NCBI GenBank assembly: GCA_965223705.1
Contig: OZ245015.1
Coordinates: 2,272,001-2,336,000, forward strand
Source of the DNA: Myxococcota bacterium
GTDB lineage: Bacteria > Myxococcota_A > UBA9160 > UBA6930
Direction of reading: 5' to 3'
Length of the DNA stretch: 64,000 bases
The position numbers were made by a program, and so were the translations under genes. The notes below the pieces were generated by a model. The model was not told the DNA's origin. It searched no databases and worked only from the letters and a program-made list of their open reading frames with translations. Below, in pieces: positions 60,064 through 64,000 of this stretch (position 1 is its first letter; each line of letters begins with the position of its first letter).

Positions 60064-61701
60064 CTACTGCAGGTAGTTTGCACCTCCGATCCGCCCCGCT
60101 TTAGGGTCGATCCGCACGTGAACGACCGCGACCCGGTCCGCCGCTAGGGCGCGTTCGAGCGCGGGCCGGATGTCTGCGGGCGCTTCGACGTACTCTGCAT
60201 GACCGCCGACCATCTCGGCGATCTTCTCGTAGCGAGCCGGCAGCAGCGCGGCGATCGGCGGAGCGCCCGCGGGCAACATGCGATCTTGGATGCCGTGTCC
60301 CGCGATGCCTTCGTTATTCGCGACCACCAGGACCGGTTTCGCGCCGACCCGCGCGGCGGTCTCGACAACCATCGCGGCGGCACCGAATGCGTAGTCGCCG
60401 AGTACGGCCACGGTCGGTCGATCCGGGTGCGCGAGGCTCGCACCGACCGCATACGGCGCTCCGACGCCCATGCAGCCCGTGGTACCGGCGTTGAGGCGTC
60501 CGCGGTTCACGTAGCTGGGTAGCACCGCGCGGCACACGCCCATGATCGTCTCTCCCTCGGCGACGAGGGTCGCATCGCGCGGCGCCACAGCTCGAACCTC
60601 CGAAACGAGCCGATACGGATTGATCGGGATCGAATCGTCCTGAAGTGCCGTGCGTAGTTTTTCCTCATTTTGCGCGGTCTTTGCGCGGAGCTCCTCGAGC
60701 CAATGCTCAGATTTGGTCCGCAAGCCCTTTCCCTGCATCGCGTCCGCCAGTTCGTCGGCAGTCGCACCGGCGTCCGCGACGACACCGAGGGACAACGGGG
60801 CGCCCGAAGCCATCTCCTCGGCTTCGACGTCGACTTGGATCAATCGGGCTTCCGGGTGGAAGCGGCGTCCGTGGCCGAAGATCCAGTTGAAGCGCCCCCC
60901 GAACATCACGACGACGTCCGCCGCTCCGAGCGCCGCAGACCGCGCGCCCCCGACGAAATTCGGGTGGTCGTCGGGTAGCGTTCCCCGAGCCATGGGCGAG
61001 CACAGGTACGGGATGCCCAGATCGACGATGCGTTGCAGCGACGGTCCCGCGTCGGCCCAGGCCGCCCCCTTCCCTACCACGATGAGCGGACGCTCCGCCG
61101 ACGCCAGCGCTTCCGCGATCTGATCGACGGCGGCGGGCGACGGATAGGCGCGCGTCACGTCCGCGGCGTCGCGATAGCGCGCCTTCGCTTCCGGGATCTC
61201 GGCGGCCACGACGTCGCCGGGGAAGTCGAGGTACACGCCGCCCGGGCGGCCTTCCAGCGCTTTGCAGAGCGCGAGATGGATCCATTCACCGATTCGCTCG
61301 GTTGCGTCGACCCGTCCGACCCACTTGCAACCGGCTTGTGTCAGGGCGACTTGGTCCGCTTCTTGGAAGCCGCCCAGACCCGTCGTTTGACGAAACGCCG
61401 AGCCACCGAGAACCACGAGCGGCATCGCGCTCTGAGTCGCGACGTAAAGCGGGGTGAGCGTGTTCGTCGCGGCGGGCCCGGAACCGACGATCAGCACCCC
61501 GGGGCGTTTCTTTTGGTAGCCCCAAGCGGATGCCATGAAACCGCCGTTCATTTCGTGGCGACAGCCGATGACCTGGAGCCCCTCTTCCTGCGCCCCGGCG
61601 AAGACCTCGATCATGGGTCCGGCCACAACACCGAAGACGGTAGAGATCCCGGCTCGAGCTAATTGTCGGCCGGCCACCTGACCGCCGTGAATGGTTGCCA
61701 T
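60064..61701 (-). CDS. thiamine-diphosphate enzyme, oxalyl-CoA decarboxylase / 2-hydroxyacyl-CoA lyase family
   Basis: CRHE, GGFQE, PGGVYLDFPG, AGTTGCMGVG and GDYAFG...NN motifs. Confidence 0.85.
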   Translation of the reverse strand: MATIHGGQVAGRQLARAGISTVFGVVAGPMIEVFAGAQEEGLQVIGCRHEMNGGFMASAWGYQKKRPGVLIVGSGPAATNTLTPLYVATQSAMPLVVLGGSAFRQTTGLGGFQEADQVALTQAGCKWVGRVDATERIGEWIHLALCKALEGRPGGVYLDFPGDVVAAEIPEAKARYRDAADVTRAYPSPAAVDQIAEALASAERPLIVVGKGAAWADAGPSLQRIVDLGIPYLCSPMARGTLPDDHPNFVGGARSAALGAADVVVMFGGRFNWIFGHGRRFHPEARLIQVDVEAEEMASGAPLSLGVVADAGATADELADAMQGKGLRTKSEHWLEELRAKTAQNEEKLRTALQDDSIPINPYRLVSEVRAVAPRDATLVAEGETIMGVCRAVLPSYVNRGRLNAGTTGCMGVGAPYAVGASLAHPDRPTVAVLGDYAFGAAAMVVETAARVGAKPVLVVANNEGIAGHGIQDRMLPAGAPPIAALLPARYEKIAEMVGGHAEYVEAPADIRPALERALAADRVAVVHVRIDPKAGRIGGANYLQ

Positions 61702-61775
61702 ATCGATCCTCCCGGAGGTTTCCGTCCCGCGCGCATTCTCGCAGAAAGTCTGCGCGGACAGGGTACTCTGACGCG

Positions 61776-63278
61776 GTGGAGCTACCTCCGAGCCGGACGT
61801 TCTTGACGCTCCTTCGCGAGGTTGCCGAGCGGGCGCCGACGCGCCCTGCCGTGGTCACGTCGACCGAGCGCGTCTCTTACGGCGATCTCCTCGCGCTGTC
61901 CACCGCCCGGGCGCGCCAATTTGCGGACGACGGACTCGAACGAGGGGACCGGGTCGCGGCCTGGATGACCAACCGGGTCGCGTGGCTCGAGTTGTTGTTC
62001 GCGACGACCGCATGCGGAGCGACCCTCGTGCCCTTCAGCACGTGGTCCACACGCGACGAGTTGCGGTTCCTGTTGAAGGATTCCGCGGTTCGCTGGTGTT
62101 TCGCGCAGAGCGTCCTTGCCGAACGCGATTTCCGGGAGGATCTCGAAAGCCTGCGGGAAGAGACGCCTGCTCTCGAGCGAGTGGTCTTTCTCAGCGAGAT
62201 GTCCGAAGCGCCTCCGCGGGATTTCGTCGATCGAGGACAGCCCGGAGACCCCGCGCTCCTCTTGTACACGTCCGGGTCGAGCGCCCGTCCCAAGGCGGTG
62301 CCGCTACAGCACGGCCCAGCGATCGAAAACGGTTTTCACATCGGCGAGCGCCAAGGGCTTTCCGAGCGCGACGCGGTGCTCGTGCCGGTGCCTTTGTTCT
62401 GGTCCTACGGATGCATCAACGCGTTACCGGCGATCCTGACCCACGGTGCGACCATGGTGCTTCCCTCGGTCTTCGAACCCTCGCAGGCACTCGAGCTGAT
62501 CGAATCCGAGCGCTGCACGGCCATCTACACGTTGCCCGCCATCACGAATGCGCTGATCTCCGCGCCCGCGTTTCGCCCGGAACGCACCGCGAGCCTGCGC
62601 ACGGGGCTGACGATCGGAACGCCAGAAGACATACGGAGAGCGGCGCGCGAGCTGGGCGCGAAGGAGATCTGCAATATCTACGGCAGCACCGAGTGCTACG
62701 GGAATTGCTGCGTCACGCCCCACCATTGGCCGCTCGAGCGCCGCGCCGAGAGCCAGGGCCCGCCGCTCCCCGGGATGGAGCTGCGAATTCGCGAAGCCGA
62801 AGGCGGTGCGATCGAGGTGCGAGGCCGCACGACGACCGGCTACGTCGGGGAAAGCGCTCGGCACAACGCCGAGGTGTTTACCCACGATGGTTTCTTCCGG
62901 ACCGGAGACCTCGGGACCCTCGACGCAGGTGGCAGCCTTACCTTTACCGGACGCAGCCACGAGATGATCAAGCGCTCGGGCATCAACGTGGCGCCCGCGG
63001 ACGTGGAGGAAGCCCTGCTTCGCCATCCCGAGGTCGCCATGGTCGGTGTGACTGGAACCCCCGATCCGCGCTGGGACGAAGCCATCATCGCGTTCGTCGT
63101 GCCGGTTCCCGGCGGGCAGCGGAACCCTAAAGTATTACTTGAGCATTGCCGCGATCTCTTGTCGCGATACAAGTGGCCTGACCACATCGAGCTGTGCGAT
63201 TCCCTGCCGCTCACGGCGACGGGGAAACTCCTGCGGCGCGAGCTCAAGGCGCTGGCCGCGAATCTCCCTCGCGCCTAG
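61776..63278 (+). CDS. acyl-CoA synthetase (AMP-binding enzyme)
   Basis: YTSGSSARPK, YGSTE, TGDLG and PLTATGK motifs. Confidence 0.9.
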   Translation: MELPPSRTFLTLLREVAERAPTRPAVVTSTERVSYGDLLALSTARARQFADDGLERGDRVAAWMTNRVAWLELLFATTACGATLVPFSTWSTRDELRFLLKDSAVRWCFAQSVLAERDFREDLESLREETPALERVVFLSEMSEAPPRDFVDRGQPGDPALLLYTSGSSARPKAVPLQHGPAIENGFHIGERQGLSERDAVLVPVPLFWSYGCINALPAILTHGATMVLPSVFEPSQALELIESERCTAIYTLPAITNALISAPAFRPERTASLRTGLTIGTPEDIRRAARELGAKEICNIYGSTECYGNCCVTPHHWPLERRAESQGPPLPGMELRIREAEGGAIEVRGRTTTGYVGESARHNAEVFTHDGFFRTGDLGTLDAGGSLTFTGRSHEMIKRSGINVAPADVEEALLRHPEVAMVGVTGTPDPRWDEAIIAFVVPVPGGQRNPKVLLEHCRDLLSRYKWPDHIELCDSLPLTATGKLLRRELKALAANLPRA

Positions 63279-63314
63279 TGCCCACCCGGTGGTCCATCCG
63301 GCCCTCTGGGGTGC

Positions 63315-64000
63315 CTACAAGGTCGCCCGAAACCCGCCCTTCGCGGTGATCGCTTTGGCTTCGGGGATCACGCGTTTCCCTGTGTGGTCGATTTGCTCGA
63401 GGAGCTCATCGACTTCGCCGCTCGGGCAGTCGAAGAACGCGACGACGTGGGTGTAGCCCGCCGCTGCGAACCGCTCGAGGTCCGCGAGAACCTGTTCCGG
63501 ATGGCCGGAACAAATCGGGCGCCCGTCCTCGGGCAGCGGCCGCTCTGTGACGCGCATGGACGCGAGGGCCAGCATGCTGAACGTCGTCGGGTCGCGACCG
63601 AGTGCGTCGAGTTCGGAACGCACGATGTCCTGCAGGTTTGCGAAGCGGGCGGGATCCGCACCGGGGTCGAGGAAGATCGGATAGAGACCGTCGCAGTACT
63701 TGGCGGCGCGTCGGGCCCCCGCCGGTGCCACGCTACCGAAAATGATCGGCGGCCGTGGCCGCTGCACCGGTTTCGGGTCCATGGAGAGGTTTTCGAACGC
63801 GTAGTGCGCGCCGTCGAACGCGACCACGTCGTCGCAAAAGCAGCGCTTGTAGATCTCGATGCACTCCTCGGTCATCGCGCCGCGATCGCTGTGGGAGAGT
63901 CCGAGGGCCGTGAACTCTTCTTCCATCCAGCCAGCGCCCACGCCGAGGATGAGGCGCCCGTTCGAGAGCACGTCCACGGTGGCGAACTGTCGTGCGTCGT
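63315..64000 (-). CDS. LLM-class (probably F420-dependent) oxidoreductase, 5' end outside the window
   Basis: DVLSNGRLILGVGAGW..EEF and PKPVQRPRPPI motifs. Confidence 0.88.
   Translation of the reverse strand, partial: DARQFATVDVLSNGRLILGVGAGWMEEEFTALGLSHSDRGAMTEECIEIYKRCFCDDVVAFDGAHYAFENLSMDPKPVQRPRPPIIFGSVAPAGARRAAKYCDGLYPIFLDPGADPARFANLQDIVRSELDALGRDPTTFSMLALASMRVTERPLPEDGRPICSGHPEQVLADLERFAAAGYTHVVAFFDCPSGEVDELLEQIDHTGKRVIPEAKAITAKGGFRATL

Overview
High-GC bacterial chromosomal window with dense, mostly catabolic and redox genes. I found no rRNA, tRNA, CRISPR array or mobile element. The gene content (five luciferase-like monooxygenases, two PhyH dioxygenases, TauD, BVMO/FMO, a DUF1329-RND-YCF48 cassette) resembles uncultured Myxococcota/Binatota-type heterotrophs, but that assignment is inference only. 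Recognisable landmarks are katG, cutA, a lanthanide-type xoxF-xoxJ-xoxG methanol dehydrogenase operon, a second PQQ/heme-c dehydrogenase, an orphan styrene-oxide-isomerase (StyC) homologue and a frameshifted flavin monooxygenase. The most unusual element is a ~2.4 kb minus-strand cassette at 46.0-48.5 kb. It encodes a twin-arginine-leader mini-collagen (20 perfect Gly-X-Y triplets, 17 with Pro in the animal-type Y position) directly upstream of a prolyl-4-hydroxylase-like 2OG-Fe(II) oxygenase. Two paralogous secreted 4-Cys proteins flank this pair and share a duplicated 42-nt upstream element. This is a candidate bacterial hydroxyproline-collagen production and export system. All family calls come from motif recognition by eye; no database searches were run.
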